Shown: one piece after another, positions 12,638 to 26,251 of the stretch
Layout of the letters: each line of letters starts with the position of its first letter
Numbering within the stretch: the first letter of the stretch is position 1
From: Ginglymostoma cirratum
Lineage: Eukaryota
NCBI GenBank assembly: GCA_024137785.1
Contig: JAHRHZ010000004.1
Coordinates: forward strand, 33,398,344-33,462,343
DNA: 64,000 nt
Direction of reading: 5' to 3'
The notes under the pieces: model-generated
Told to the model about the DNA's origin: nothing
Databases searched by the model: none
Seen by the model: only the letters and a program-made list of their open reading frames with translations
Made by a program: the position numbers and the translations under genes

Positions 12638-13480
12638 TGATCTTCTCTGCTGGCTTTTAGAGTTCACTCAACATAAAAGGCATGAAGACATTTCCATCTA
12701 ATAGCTGGTTTTGTGCATGAGAATCCTATTTGTTTAAATGTAAGATGGAAATTCACTTAGAGGTTTTCAAGATTCTTTTGCACTTACTGTATAAAACAGT
12801 GTACAAATGTTTATCAGAAGTTTTGAAGGTATTATGCAATGTAGTTTGCAAAAGTAAATGTAACTCATTTCAAACATCAATGAGGTGCAAGTAACTACCT
12901 CGATACAAGTGATACACTTGGTTTCCTTTCGTTTGTTCTGCAATATCTGTACAGAAACCTATCTGCTGTAGTAATTTATTGAATTCCACAAACTAGTCTC
13001 TTTTTGGTTCAAATATTGATTGACAGTGCCCAAAGAAAATGGGCATCAGATTTTACCTCCACATGTACTTAGATTGTTTTCAGTAGATTGCTTGTGATTT
13101 ACCTGCTGAAGGATTATAGGTCATTTCATTTTTGAGTGTTTGTCTTGTTGCATTGCATACTCTATGTCCCTTAGACCAACTAAATCCAGTAGTCAATTAG
13201 CTGCATTTATGTGATCAGACAATGTGTGCAAGTAAGAACCTCCAAGGTGAAAATCCTAAGGTGTAAAAAGATCTGAAGTTCAAATCTGTTAACTGTTCTG
13301 ATTCTGGATGAGTCTGGACTCAACAACTGGCTCAATTTATTTCACTTAATAACAGTCGCTTCCATACATCATCAGTGCCATTTTGACAAATGTTTGCATT
13401 GCCAACAAGGAAATGAAACCTAATAATACTACATATTGCTGTGTGTAATGTTTGAAATAAAATCTTGAATGCAGCACTGA
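12638..13480 (+). other. Putative 3'UTR of the 10708-12637 exon, with polyadenylation signal AATAAA at 13456-13461
   Basis: AT-rich, no recognisable repeats, follows a TGATGA stop; first AATAAA I found after the stop. Confidence 0.55.
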
Positions 13481-13911
13481 ATGCAGACTATTAAGCAAAT
13501 ATATTTTGGATTAATGATTTTTCTGAAATTATCACCCCAAAGAAACAATTTTTTAACTTTCCTTATCCTCCCTGTATCAGTTTCCGTACTGCATGACTTT
13601 ATATTCATACAAAGAGGGGGAAAGGTGAATAATGCAAATCTCTTCAGGTTCCATGCCACTTAATCCTGTGGTAACACATCAACCAGATGCTCTTCCCAAT
13701 GCCCACAATACTGCACATCCTGCAAATCTGAAATGGATACAGAAAAAGCTGAAAATAGTCCGTCTGTCTGGCAGTATCTGTGGAGAGAGTAGGAAAGCAA
13801 ACGTTTCTGGTTTGAGACCTTCGACTAGAACCCGTTTTGGAGAAGGCAATCTTCTGGGGCTTCACAACTGTTTATTTCTTATCTGTCACTTATCTACGAG
13901 AAGAGCAGGAT

Positions 13912-14120
13912 GTTGGTTAGTTTAGTTGGCTAGCTGGCTGGTTTGCAATGAAGTGTGTCACCAACAGTGTGGGTTCGATTCCTGCGCCAGCTGAGGTTAC
14001 CATGAAAGATTGTCCTTCTCAACCTCTCCCTTGTCTGAGGTGTGGTTACCCTCAGGTTAAACCACTACCTCTCTCTCTGATGAGAGATTAGCCATATAAT
14101 TTGGTAAGACTATAGTGACT
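13912..14120 (+). mobile_element. tRNA-derived SINE (older copy at about 51005-51260)
   Basis: A-box-like tagtttagttgg and B-box GGTTCGATTCC followed by a non-tRNA body. Confidence 0.6.
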
Positions 14121-14289
14121 TAACAGTTTTTTTAATAAGGGAAGCATTGCCTATGTCATTTTAAATAGATTCATACTGTTAGGTTAAATAGGGGTATATT
14201 TCCCTGCATCTCTGACCTTAGAGATGAAAAACTGACCAGAATAAAGTGGAGAATAGCAGGTTATATTTACATCCAAGCATACTAATCCG

Positions 14290-15250
14290 AAGCAGTGATA
14301 GGCCATTCAGTCTTCGAGCCTGTTCTGCCCTGCAATAAGATCACGGCTGAATTTATGTGGCCTCGACCCCATTTCCTGCTTACCCTGATACTTATCAACT
14401 CCCTTCTTAGAATCTATCTCTGTGTCTGCGTTGAAACTATTCAATGACCCAGCCTCCACTGATCCCTGAGGAAGAGAATTTCAAAGACATATGACTCTCC
14501 ATAAGAAGATATTGCTCCTCATCTCCATCTTAAAGGGGGCACCACCTCATTATATCCTCTATGTCCTCTAGTTCCAGTTCCAGTTCCTCCTAGAAAAGGA
14601 AACATCCTCTCAGGATCACTCCAGTTCCCCTCATGTTGTTTATATTTCAATAAGGTCTTCTAAACCCCAATGAATACAGAACAAGCTGTAGAGTCCAATC
14701 TTTCCACATTATTCCAGGAATCAGTCAAATGAACCTTCCCTGAATTGTTCAAAACTGTAATTATGCTCTTTTCCTAAATATGGAGATTAAAATTGTACTT
14801 ACAGACTTGGTCTATGCAACTATGGTAAAAGAATCCATTTTTATGTTTCATTCACCTTGCAAGCAATGCCAATATTCTGTTGACCTTCCTGATTACCTGT
14901 ATGTTAACTTATTGTGATTCATGTACCTGGGCATCCAAATCCCGCTATACCTTAATGTGTCTCCATTTAAACAGTAAGGCCTCTTTCTGTTCTTCTTGCC
15001 AAAGTGCGCAAGTTTATATTTTCTCATCTTATAGTCCATCTACCAAGGAACTGCCTCCTCACTTCACCCATTCATACACTTTTTGGTGTCGCCTTTATAA
15101 ATTACTTCCTTACTTCCCTATGTAGCATCAGCAAATTGAGCACCTGTACATTGGATCCCTTTGTCCATGTTATTGATGGTGATCGTAAATCATTGAAACC
15201 TCAACGCTGATGGTAGTGGCACTCCACTTCTTAGATCTTGCCTAACTGGT
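14290..15250 (-). mobile_element. Degenerate CR1-type LINE fragment
   Basis: Minus-strand CR1 3' end (taggccattcag...) and decayed RT remnants. Confidence 0.6.
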
Positions 15251-16089
15251 CTGTCAGTTCCTGCTTTCTTTCCCTTTCTTTTGTGAATAGAAAGAATTCG
15301 TTATTTTCCCATCTGATTTCCAGGCTTCCTAGAATCTAAAGAATTAAAACCACATTAATTTCACGTAAACCAAAAACAAAGAACTGCAGATGCTGGAAAT
15401 CTGAAATGAAAGTGTAGTCCTGAATTAGGATCAGTGGACTGGAAACGTTGACTCTGCTTTCTCTTCACAGATACTGAAAGACCTGCTGAGTTTCTCTGGC
15501 ATTTTCTGTTTTTTTAATTAAATTCACATACTCACTCAGCAGCCATGTATTTTAAGATGCTAGGATGAAGCCAAACTGCATCTCTTTGAATCAACTCTGC
15601 TAAAATTAGCAAAGGAAAGAAAATATGCCCCACTCTTGCTGCTTACTAAAACTCTGTGGAGTTTTATTTGCTTTTAGCAAGTTTTGATCTCCTATGTCTT
15701 CAATCCAGCTCATTTTCTTTCTAACTTTCAATTGATTGAAGTCGAATATTGTGTAGTTCTTATTACTCCCAAATGGTGGCGATCTTGCATTTAAGGTCCT
15801 CATGTAATCATTGCTTCCATAGCTTATGGACCACAACCTACTTCTAGAAGTGGTAATAAAAACAGAAGGTACTAGAGAAACTCAGTAGGTCTGGCAGCAT
15901 CGGTGGAGAGAAGAACAGAATGAAGGTTTCAAGTACACTCTGACTTCAGAATAAATTCACATCTTCCCACATTATACTTGTGATGAATCCTTTCTTTTGT
16001 ATGAATTCTTTGAGCTGCAGAAGCCAGCACTCTGAGATAAAAAATACTTGGGCACACTTATTTCTTTTGGCAACATCTTGAAACTAGGA

Positions 16090-16460
16090 GCAGTCAAGCC
16101 TGCTCCACCATTTAACAAAATAATGGTTGACCTTTTCATGGACTGAGCTCCCCTTACCCACCTGCTCACCATAACCCTTACTTACTTTGCTGTTCAAAAA
16201 TCTATCTATTTGTCTTAAAAACATTGTGAGGTAGCCTCAACTGCTTCACTGGGCAGGGAATGCCACAGATTCACAACCCTTTGGAAGAAGAACTTCCTCA
16301 TCAACTCGGTCCTAAATCTGCTCCCCTTATTTTGAGGCTATGTCCCCCAGTTCTAGTTTCACCCACCAGTTAAAACAACTTCCCTGCTTCTTTCTTATAT
16401 ATTCTTATACTCCTGTCATAATTTTGCGTGTTTCTATAAGATTCCCCCCTCATTCTTTTA
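16090..16460 (-). mobile_element. CR1-type LINE 3' fragment
   Basis: Antisense similarity to 17030-17300 and 45850-46150. Confidence 0.65.
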
Positions 16461-17029
16461 AAAATAATATCATTTTATGTCATATTTAACTGTTCCAAGA
16501 CATTAGTTGTATGCAATTGTACCTAGAAATAGGAGCAGGGTTAGTTGCAAGCCTCTCAGTAAGTCATTCAGAATAGTAAAAGAGTCATTCTTCACGACTT
16601 CCTTCCCTAGCATGTCATGTTATCAGCAACTTGAGCACCAAGACAGGTATATTGGTCTCAGAAGGTTTAACTCTGTTTCTCTCTACACAGACACTGCCAG
16701 ACCTACTGAGTTTCTCCAGCACTTTGTTTTTATTTTAGATTTCCACCATCTACAGTACTTCATTTTTGTTCTAGAAGTGGTAGTTTTACTCAAGACTGTC
16801 AATTCAGAATGGCTCAACAGAGGACCAGGCAAGAACAATCACACTCAATTTTCCAGCCAAAGAAATCTCAAGGTTGCAACTGCTCTGAGAAGCTTACTCT
16901 TGCCTCCTGATTAGAACAGGGACCAAGGATTACTATTAAAAATGATCCAGCAGAATTTGACAAAACTATATTGCAGAGCTCCAAATCCGTTAACGTTACG
17001 GAACTTGTTCTGGTGACATTTGTTCAGTC

Positions 17030-17300
17030 TGGCACCTGAGGATATAAACTCAGAATCAGGGGCCCCACTTTTTAGACAGAAATGAGAAAGAATTTCTTCT
17101 CTGAGGGGAGTGAATCTTTACTGCTGAGGGCTATAGGGGCCGGGTTGAAAAGTATATTCAAGGCTGCCATAGACATTTTTAAACAATCCGGGAATGAAGG
17201 ATTATGGGGAGAAGCAGGAAAGTGGAATTGAGGATTATCAGATTAGCTGTGGTTTCATTGGAACAGAGAGGATAGGCTGAATGCACCTAACTTTTATGGA
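17030..17300 (+). mobile_element. CR1-type LINE 3' fragment
   Basis: GAAATGAGAAAGAATTTCTTCTCT...GAGGATTATCAGATTAGC. Confidence 0.65.
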
Positions 17301-20300
17301 CTTGAGCGGCCCCTGAATTTTTTTTGAATTAGTGACTAGGATTTACAGAAATCGTGGCAACGCAATTTGAAGACACTTTCTTATCAACCTGTTCAGAAAA
17401 TGTTATTCAACATCTCTGGAGTAGGTGGGACTTGAACCTGGACCTCTTGATTAGAGGTAATGACATTACCGCTGCACCACAAGAGCCCACTGTAAAATCA
17501 TTTAAAAGCTCCAATCAATCGATCTAGCAGCTTATCGATCGATCAAACATTGATCGATGTGCACTCTTGTTTCAGATCTTGGAGCAAACCACCTGCGACC
17601 GAGTGAGCGAGCTCCCAATCTTGATCATTGCAGATTCCAAAGTGGACAAAGCTCTTATTTGTTGATTTGACCGGAATTGAGTAGGTTGGTGGAGGAGTCG
17701 TGATAAATTTCCTGTAAACCAAACGTCTCTGCCCTTGTTCTACCAAATGAACTGTTTCGAATTTACACCCTGGTAAATTTCTCTGAGTTAATGGTAGATT
17801 TGGTATGCTAAAATCCAGCCTAATATGAGCAGCCTGGTTAAATAAGCTCACTCTCCAACAAACTAAGCTAATTGATGAAGGCTTTTATACATGGAGCCCT
17901 TTCCTCAAAATGTTATATCAATGGATCATTTGTAACATGTTCGGAAAATTTAAGTATGAGAAGCTCCAATAGAGTGAAATGCCTCTGGTCAACAATTAGT
18001 AAAAAGGTAAACCACACTTGTATGACATGTGATTGAGGAAGTGGAATCCGTTGAACAATGTAACCCAGATCCGTAATGTGAAGTGTGGTCCAGCGAGACT
18101 TGCATTTTGCTTTGACACAGATGAATCATGCCCATGGTCCCTGGAAGAGCAGGATGAAAACATGATGGCAAATTGATGATGAACGAAAATGACCTTTTTA
18201 AAATGAAATGTTACACATTTTTACTCAAAAACTGGCAATATCTCAAATCAAGAAATTACTTTATCAATTAGCATCACCCTTGAAATGTAGCTGTATATGT
18301 CATAACTTATATTCTTAATGTAGAGAGTTCTCTCTTGGTTCTTTATCAAATCCAGAAGTCCTTAAGTCTTCCCTGCTCCAGTTTGCCTTGAATTAATTAG
18401 TTGAGGTGTTTGAGTGTGAGACCATTTTTATGCAGGAAGTTGGGGGAAGAGCATCTGACCACAGTTTTTAGCGATGAATTATACTGACTTAAATAACTCC
18501 TTTATATTTAATGGTGGACTTTCTTCTGATGCAGCAGGAAGTACAATGCTCACTGCTATTGGTAGGTATTTGCCACTTCATTCTGACAGAGTTTCTATCC
18601 CAAGTGGGACATTAAAATGTGGAGCCAAGTCAAATTAGCTAAAGGAAATCAATCTTGTTAAACTTCCTTGGGGAGTGAAAGCCCTTTTAGAATAGCTTGC
18701 TTAAAGTTAATGTATTTGCACACATTAACTGGACAAATGAGACAGAATTTGACAGATGGAACCAAAACTATAGCAATTGATGATTTCTCAGTCCTAGTTA
18801 TGATCTCTAGTTGAAGGATAGAATCAAAATAAGTTGCAAACAACTGTCTTGAAATATTGGACTAAAATATATCATTCAGATACCAATTTAAAAAGTTTAT
18901 TCTTTCCTTTTTTTTTGGAGCGTTGTTGGCTCTACATGTGTTCACTATCAACAGGTCTAAAGCATCATTGATTGTTTACTGTGGAGATTGAGAGGTTATT
19001 AAAAGTTTCCAGGCAATTGTATTCCTCCATTAAGCTGGAAGAGCAACAAAGATAAACCATCCTGTTATTACTGGACACGAAATGTCCTGTTTCTGGTCGT
19101 ACACATTTCACTTCCTTTTCAGCTATTGTACTTTTGGGAAAATGATTACAGAGCTTAAAAAAGCTTGTATTTTTAAATCATGTTGAACTCATAATTGCCA
19201 TTTAATTAATTGTTTCTGTATTGTGTTTACATTGATGTTTTGAAAAAAAACATTTAGTTTTTTCCCTTTGATAATAAAAATTTTGTGACAATTTAAATCG
19301 GCATTTTCATAACCTGCTTTGTTGAGGATTTTTTTTCTCTACAGCTAAGCATCATTATTCTAACTTTGATCTTTAACTTGACAGTCACAGTATGTTGTCA
19401 GTTGAGCTATCATTTTCTATGTTGCTTCAAGATGCACGAACTTCCAGAACTGAACTTCACTTGGCTGGATGATGAGTCACAAAATTAGCCCTGTATTTAA
19501 TTTATGTTCCTATCTGGAATGACTATACACTGGGAATGATGTTTAGTGGAATGCAGCTCTATGTCAGATGTCCAAACTTTTTCTTTTTTTTTTGTGGGCT
19601 ACATAGGTGTATATCATGGAGCTTTGTAGGCCACATGTGAAGAATAAATTCAGGCCCCACTAATTTTTATCTGTCTTGCATTGCTAGTCTGATCTAATAT
19701 TTGTCAACTGGGCTATAAACAGCCATTTGTGAATCTTGAGGCCCACAGCATTGAAACCAGCAAAATAAAGCTTAGGTAGCTGGGCTTCTTGATCTGGACA
19801 TTTTGGTATCTGCATTCTCCAGTTTAGCTTTTCAATTATATATGGGAGTTAAAAAAAACAAAGCAAGTCCCAGCCATTTAGTTCTTCAACTCTACCTGAT
19901 AGCCTCAGGATCCAATGGTATTGGAACTGCTGACTAATCACAGTGATCTCAGCATGTTGGTGTGCAATAGACCCAGTCATGAAGGAAAGGAAAATCCCAG
20001 CAATGAACAGCTTTGCAAACAGTAAAGCCCAATAGTTGCTTGATCCACTCAAGCATGCTACCCTAAACCACATGTCCTAGTGCAGAATGCTCCGATACTG
20101 GGCTGGATTTAACACAGCTGAGAAGGTTTTGCCTACCAATTTGAGAGCTCCCGGGAGCTCTACGTCACTTCCTTTCAGGTAGGCCCATCGCATGAATGCC
20201 TCTTGAACATTTAGTGGCCAGCAGCTGACTGTCACCAGGATGAGAAAATCCCCTGGGGCTAAAATTTGCCCCCCGAGAACTGCCAGCTAATCAAAGTCTG

Positions 20301-22395
20301 GCTTCTGTACGTTGTAAGCTGCATTGACCGCAAGTTCTAGCACTGTATCCACCACGGAGACAACTCAAAAGTGATGCAGGGCTTTTGTTTACCATTTGAA
20401 GTGTGATGCATCAAAACCAACTATAACCTTGAATGAAAAGCATGGTTGTCAGTCTGAGACTTTTGGCTGATTTGCAGAGGTCTGCATTACTTAAGCACAG
20501 TGCTCTGTCATGGTTCTGGGTTCCTGCATTGCCTGAGGTACCACACAAGTAAAGATCTTGTTGTGTCACTGATATTTTTTCCAGCCTTTAACAACCTCTA
20601 TCCTCCTGCATGATAAAGTGGTATTCTGTTCTGTAAAATTACACATTGAGATTGATATGAAAGTTTTTGCATTGAACAGTTGTGATATTACACTTGCCCA
20701 AAGCAAGCCATGTAATTGTTTGTCCACAGCTCTATAATGCTGCCTGCGCACATACAGTTTGAGTGTTTTCAGTGTTGGAGTTCTAAGAACACAAATGACA
20801 TTTTCTTCAGAGGATAGAGAAGCCATACTTTATTGTCTTCAATTCAGATCACCACCTGAATATGTACAAGTTTCAGTAAATGTACCAAGGAGAACAACAA
20901 TGCTAAAGATTAAGGCTTTGCCATAAGGCATGCTTATCGTTGCAGATATTCATAACTAACCCTACAGTCATGGCGTTTTCCCTCCTCCCACAACAGTCTT
21001 TAAACTGTTGTATCTATGAGATGGTAGACCATGAATCACCTGTTTATCAACCACGCAGCTTGTCCTGCCCTCAATACCAGTGCGCGCACACAGCCTGAAC
21101 TGTCCCACTTGCAGCAGTAAATTCTGACATCTTCAATCTTACATGTGACTTTGAGCTTTTTACCCATTTTGCATTTGGCATTGTGATGGGAACCTCAGGC
21201 TTTTGTTCAAACTCAGAGGATGTTACAGGCCATGCACCTAAACGTGTGATATTCCTAGCCACAGCCGTTAACTTTTTTTCCCACTGGTGGGATGTGGGTG
21301 TCATTGGATGGACTGGCATTTATTGCCCGTCTCTAATTGCCCTTGAGAAGGTGGTGGTAAGCTCCCTTCTTGAACTACTCAAAATCGATGCATTGTGCGG
21401 TTGTTGTATTTTTCTGTAGCTTTGGGGTACACTGGTCTTGTGAGCACCTCTGGGGCAGTCAACTATGCTATCAGTCAAAGCTTTAATATTCTCAGGGTAC
21501 AGTATGCTTGGACATTCTCACCAGCCCCCATTCATTATTTCCCTCTATGTGAAGCTATTGATACTCTAATTGTTCAGCAGTTGGTTGACTCTGATCATCA
21601 ACGAGATGAATGCCTGGTCACAAACAGTATCCAGTAAATCATAAGTGTCCCGGAAATAATCTCCCTTCTTTCTGCAGCAGATACAAATAAATAATTTGTT
21701 AAAGTATTACTATTTTGTTAAGTGTAGTATGAATATTTGTGACATTTTTCTGAAGACCTCACTGTTTTGGGTGTTTAACACCATTGATGTAATAAAGTGT
21801 TTATAGGTTCTGGCCTTTTGTTTGGTGCAAGAATTGTTCTGGTTGGCCATGCAGAAATAGCTACGGTAGGCCGCACACATGCAAGGTAAGATTCGCATGA
21901 CACCCAGGTCAGCTGGTGGCACTTGCGATTCTATCTCCACAATCTTTTTGGGAAGAAGTGCTTTGCTGGGTTCAGTGGATTCCAAGCTATTCCCATTACC
22001 TTTGGGTGCAGGTGGCTTTAAATGTGGACAAAGCTTTCACTGTCTCTGTGTGCCTTTGTATCTTCCAAAAAAAAAATAACCGTAGTTCAGCAGAAGCTGT
22101 GAGAGCTTGCACATTGCTTGCCCTTTCCTCTAGTATGTCCTTGTCTTGTCTTCCTTGTTTTGATTGTCGCCATCCTGAACTGGCTCCAATATTTGCTCTG
22201 TTATGCAAATATTGGACTATTGTTCTTTCAACGTATTTAATTGTAAATTATTCGTGGTAATCGGGTTAACTTCGAGAATGGACATTCACCAACTAAGTGT
22301 TTGTACACTCCATGCATTAGAGCTAATGCCCCAATTTTCCAACTTCCTAGTATTGTAGGTGTCTTATAGACACTAGCAGTAAGCCAGTTAAATGC

Positions 22396-22597
22396 TTTGC
22401 CAGTGATAGCAAGAACTACAGATGCTGGAGTCTGAGATAACACAGTGTGGCGCGGGAAGAACACAGCAGGCCAGGCAGCATCAGAAGAGCAGGAAAGTTG
22501 GCATTTCAGGTCGGGACCCTTTTCTGAAGAAGAGTCCTGACCCGAATTGTCAACTTTCCTGCTCCTTTGATGCTGCCTGGCCTGCTGTGTTCTTTCA
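22396..22597. mobile_element. Palindromic non-autonomous Penelope-end element
   Basis: Two inverted copies of the Penelope terminal sequence; imperfect flanking direct repeat aaatgcttt(gc/at)cag. Confidence 0.7.
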
Positions 22598-23202
22598 AAT
22601 GCTTTATCAGGGTTATTCTAGTCAACTCAAATTAAGCATAATGAGATGACTCTGGAAGTTTACAGACTAGTCCTTGTTCTGGACTGTGTTATACTGGAAC
22701 AGAGTATTATTATATTTTTGAAACGTGATTATGGCCAGCATAGTTTCTTGACAAACATGATTCCTATTTTGATTTATGGCTTTGCAAACTTGATACTTTT
22801 TTTGTGTTCCCAGTGTCCATGAATGGAGCTGTCTAGATAATTTGGTGGAGGAGGTTGGGGGTAGAGGGGGATGTGAAATTAAACAAAAAATACACCTAAT
22901 TTAATGGAGAAATTTGTATCTTTAAGATGCTCAGAGTGCATCACAGCCAATTAATGCCTCTGAAATACAAACACTATTAATTGGGTAAATACTGTGACTG
23001 ACTGGTTGATCATAATAAGTGCCTTGCCATAGACAGCCGGAAGTGACTTATTAATCAGATTGGTTGATATTAACCAGGACAACTGGAGAATTCTCTGCTT
23101 CTTGTCAAAGAAGGCTTTTGAGTCCACATGATCAAGGCCTTAATTCACCACATCATTGAAGGGTGTCACCTTTGACTTCTCCACTGAAGTACTAAGCTAG
23201 AT

Positions 23203-23830
23203 GATGTTGGTTAAGAAGGTGTTTAACATGCTTGTCTTCATTACTCAAACCTTTGAGTAAAGGAGTTGAAGTGTCATGTTGATGTTGTTCAGGATGTTGG
23301 TGAAGCCTCGCCTGGAGTTCTGGTGTCTCTGTTATGGGAAGGATATTATTAAACTAAAGAGGATTCAGAATAGATTTACCAGGGTGTTACTGGCATTGGA
23401 GGTCATGAGTTATAAGGAGAGGTTGGATAGGCTGGAACTTTTCTCACTGGAATGTTATGGGGTGACCTTAGAGAGGTTTATAAAATCATGAGAGGTTTAG
23501 ACAAGGTGAATGTTAGGTGCCTTTTCCCTAGGCCAGGGGAGGGAATTTCAAGACTAGGGGGCATATATTTAAGGTGAGAAGAGAAAGATTTTAAAAAAAG
23601 ACATGAGGGGCAACGTTAACATGGAATAGTTCACGCGTGGAATGAAGTTCCAGAGGAAGTGGTGGGTGTGGTTACAATGTTTAAAAGACATTTGGATAAC
23701 TACATGAATAATAAGTGTTTGGAGGGATATGGGCCAAGTGCAGGCAAGAGGGACTAGTTTAGTCTGGGATTATGGATGGCATGGACTGGTGGTCCGAAAG
23801 GTCTGTTTACATGCTGTATGACTTTATGAT
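23203..23830 (+). mobile_element. CR1/HER1-like LINE 3' fragment
   Basis: ORF remnant LVKPRLEFW...KDIIKLKRIQNRFTRVL...SYKERLDRLELFSLE. Confidence 0.9.
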
Positions 23831-26016
23831 GAGTGTGTGATTTGAATGCCACCTTTTTAGGCTGATGGGTCAGAGTGCTACCATTGAGCTTCTGCTGAAA
23901 GTTGAGTGTATTGTCAGTGGTCTTGTGCTTGGGAATGAGGGGGTGTGCGGGGGCGGGGGACGGCTTTCAACCCTTCGCGCTGCTGACTGAGGCTTTATGA
24001 ATGTGCAACCCTAAGCTGTTTTTAATCATAAGGAAGCTGGTTTTATGTTAATAACGGATGTAATAAAGTATGATGTGATGGTGACAGGTTTAGAAAAGTT
24101 CAGTTTCAGCTGAAAATCAGTGATGCAGAAAGAACCTATTTGTAAACTCTCAGTACTGAAAGCACTTCTGTTTTCCGGAGTCAACAGATCCATCCTGTCT
24201 GGCCACCTTGCAGCTATACAACTTCCCCAGTCTCTGATCAGATATGGAGGGGCCATTACAGGAAGGCAGTATTCTCTTTGTGTCACAACTAGCTGTGAGT
24301 TAGAATCCTAACAACATATCTAAGGCATTTTGGGTAACCTCAAGTAAAACTAGACACATAACAACAATAACAATTTGGCTTTTAATAGTGCCTGAGTGGT
24401 AAATGACCCAAGGTTTTCAGAGGAACTTGTTCAGACAATATGAAGCAAAGATCAAGGACTGTGCAACAGATGTGAAATTGCAGAGAAAATCCCAAATCAA
24501 ATATTTTGCTTAAAGTGAGAGGTTATTCAATATAGAATTTTGTACTCCTGCAGCAAGAACTCATTCAAGAACTAGTTCAAATTTTGTTCTCACCTTGCAG
24601 CGAAGACTAGATCCTAGAGGTAGAATGTAAAACTCCAGTTTGACCATTAGCACTTTAAAACCTCTGGATTTTGACAACTGGTAAAGTTCTGGTGTGGCTG
24701 TGAATGAGAAGTTGCAGAGCGTTTGCTGATCTGCGTGTGCTTATGTTTTAGTGACAGAACAGGATTAAATTCTATCGTATTAAAAATCAATTAGAGATAA
24801 AAGTTACATTTTGGTTAAAGATTGTATACTATATGTAATGGTTGCAGGGTAGATGATGCTTCTGACATGATGCCAGTCTAAAGAAGACTTTCAAAAGGAT
24901 GTCCTAGAGTGATGTTGTTCATCACATTAATCTTCAGGTGTTTCTAGATGGATTACTGTGCTTAAATGATGACGTTAGCGTCTCAGCTGATTATGTGGGG
25001 AGATCCTGGCCACAATGGCCTATGAGAGCCGAAGGGAGAATTTCGTATTTCTGCTGAATGACAGTGCCCTTTTTGGTTTCTAAGCGAGCTGCACAGTGAT
25101 CTTATCTATTCTTGACCTCTACTGGCAGCAATTCTGATCTGCCAGTTAATTATTTTCTGTGACTTCTTGCGATGAATAACTGTCTGATTTGCTGTCTTTT
25201 TGTCTTTGTTGACTTTAGTTAGTGTTGGTGCAGGTTTGCTGATGCTTCAGTTTCCTTCAGCTCTTGTGTGTATTTGCACGCGCTTGTGTGTATGTTTGTT
25301 TCTACGTCATTGTTCATATGTAATACCTTTGAGGCAGATGATCTTTCTCTGACTCCTTATTACTGTGTATAACCAGTAAGCAGTTAGATTGTTGAATGTT
25401 TAACAATATCCAGTATGTTTTTTTTTTGTGGGAGTATGGGAAAGCAGTAGCTGGATTAGTTAGTACAGCAGTATTGGAATTTTCCTCCTGGTCTGCGGTC
25501 TGGGAAGAACTATTCGAAAGTTAATTTTACGTTAATGATCTTTCACCAGTAATGGATAACTGTGGTTTCTGTAATTGATCCATGTATACCTAAAAGTACA
25601 TCAGCAAGTAGAATCTAAAATCCAAATACTGCTGGTGGAACAGTTCTTGCACAACAAGAGGTAAGCTCAACAAGAACTCGGCCAACTTTAATAATGACAA
25701 CCAGGAACTCCCTGCTAAAGCACATGTCTGTTAGATTACATCAAACCACACAATACTGGAAGAGGCTGTTCTCCCCACTGTGCCTGTGGCGGCTCTTTGG
25801 AACACCAAAGCCCTACTGTTTTATTTTCCTTTCAAATATAGATCAATTTCCATTTTTTAAAGTTGCTGTTGCATCTGCTTCCCAGCAACACAGATCACAG
25901 TAATTCATTGTGTTTAAAAAAAAGACACTTGCCTGTGTTCTTTTGCCAATTATCTGTGTTCCCTGGTTACCAACCATCCAGGTAATGGGAATAGTGTAAA
26001 ATATGGCAAAACTATC

Positions 26017-26251
26017 TGCAGTGATTGTAACAAGGTCAGCCAGGTGGACCTCATAGAATATGAGTTCTTGATTGGGTCTGTTAATCCGGTCCACTCAGGG
26101 AGCTGTAGCTGACAGATAAGAACAGGAGTGTCAGACATCCTGTTTACACTGAGAGCTGCCTCAAAGGAAGCTGGATCAGTGTCAAGGACTCTCCACATGT
26201 AAATAAAGGGTGATTTGGTGATGGGATACTGGCCTCTGTTCAGCTATTTCA
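26017..26251 (+). mobile_element. Solo LTR (235 bp)
   Basis: TG...CA ends, 5-bp TSD CTATC (26012-26016 and 26252-26256), internal AATAAA. Confidence 0.65.

Noticed and set aside
21832-21885. Possible 54-nt phase-2/2 exon with strong donor AAG|gtaaga (IVLVGHAEIATVGRTHA)
   Set aside because: Modest acceptor, no recognisable peptide, would interrupt an LE module, and no in-frame ATG for a first exon; cannot be supported without RNA data.
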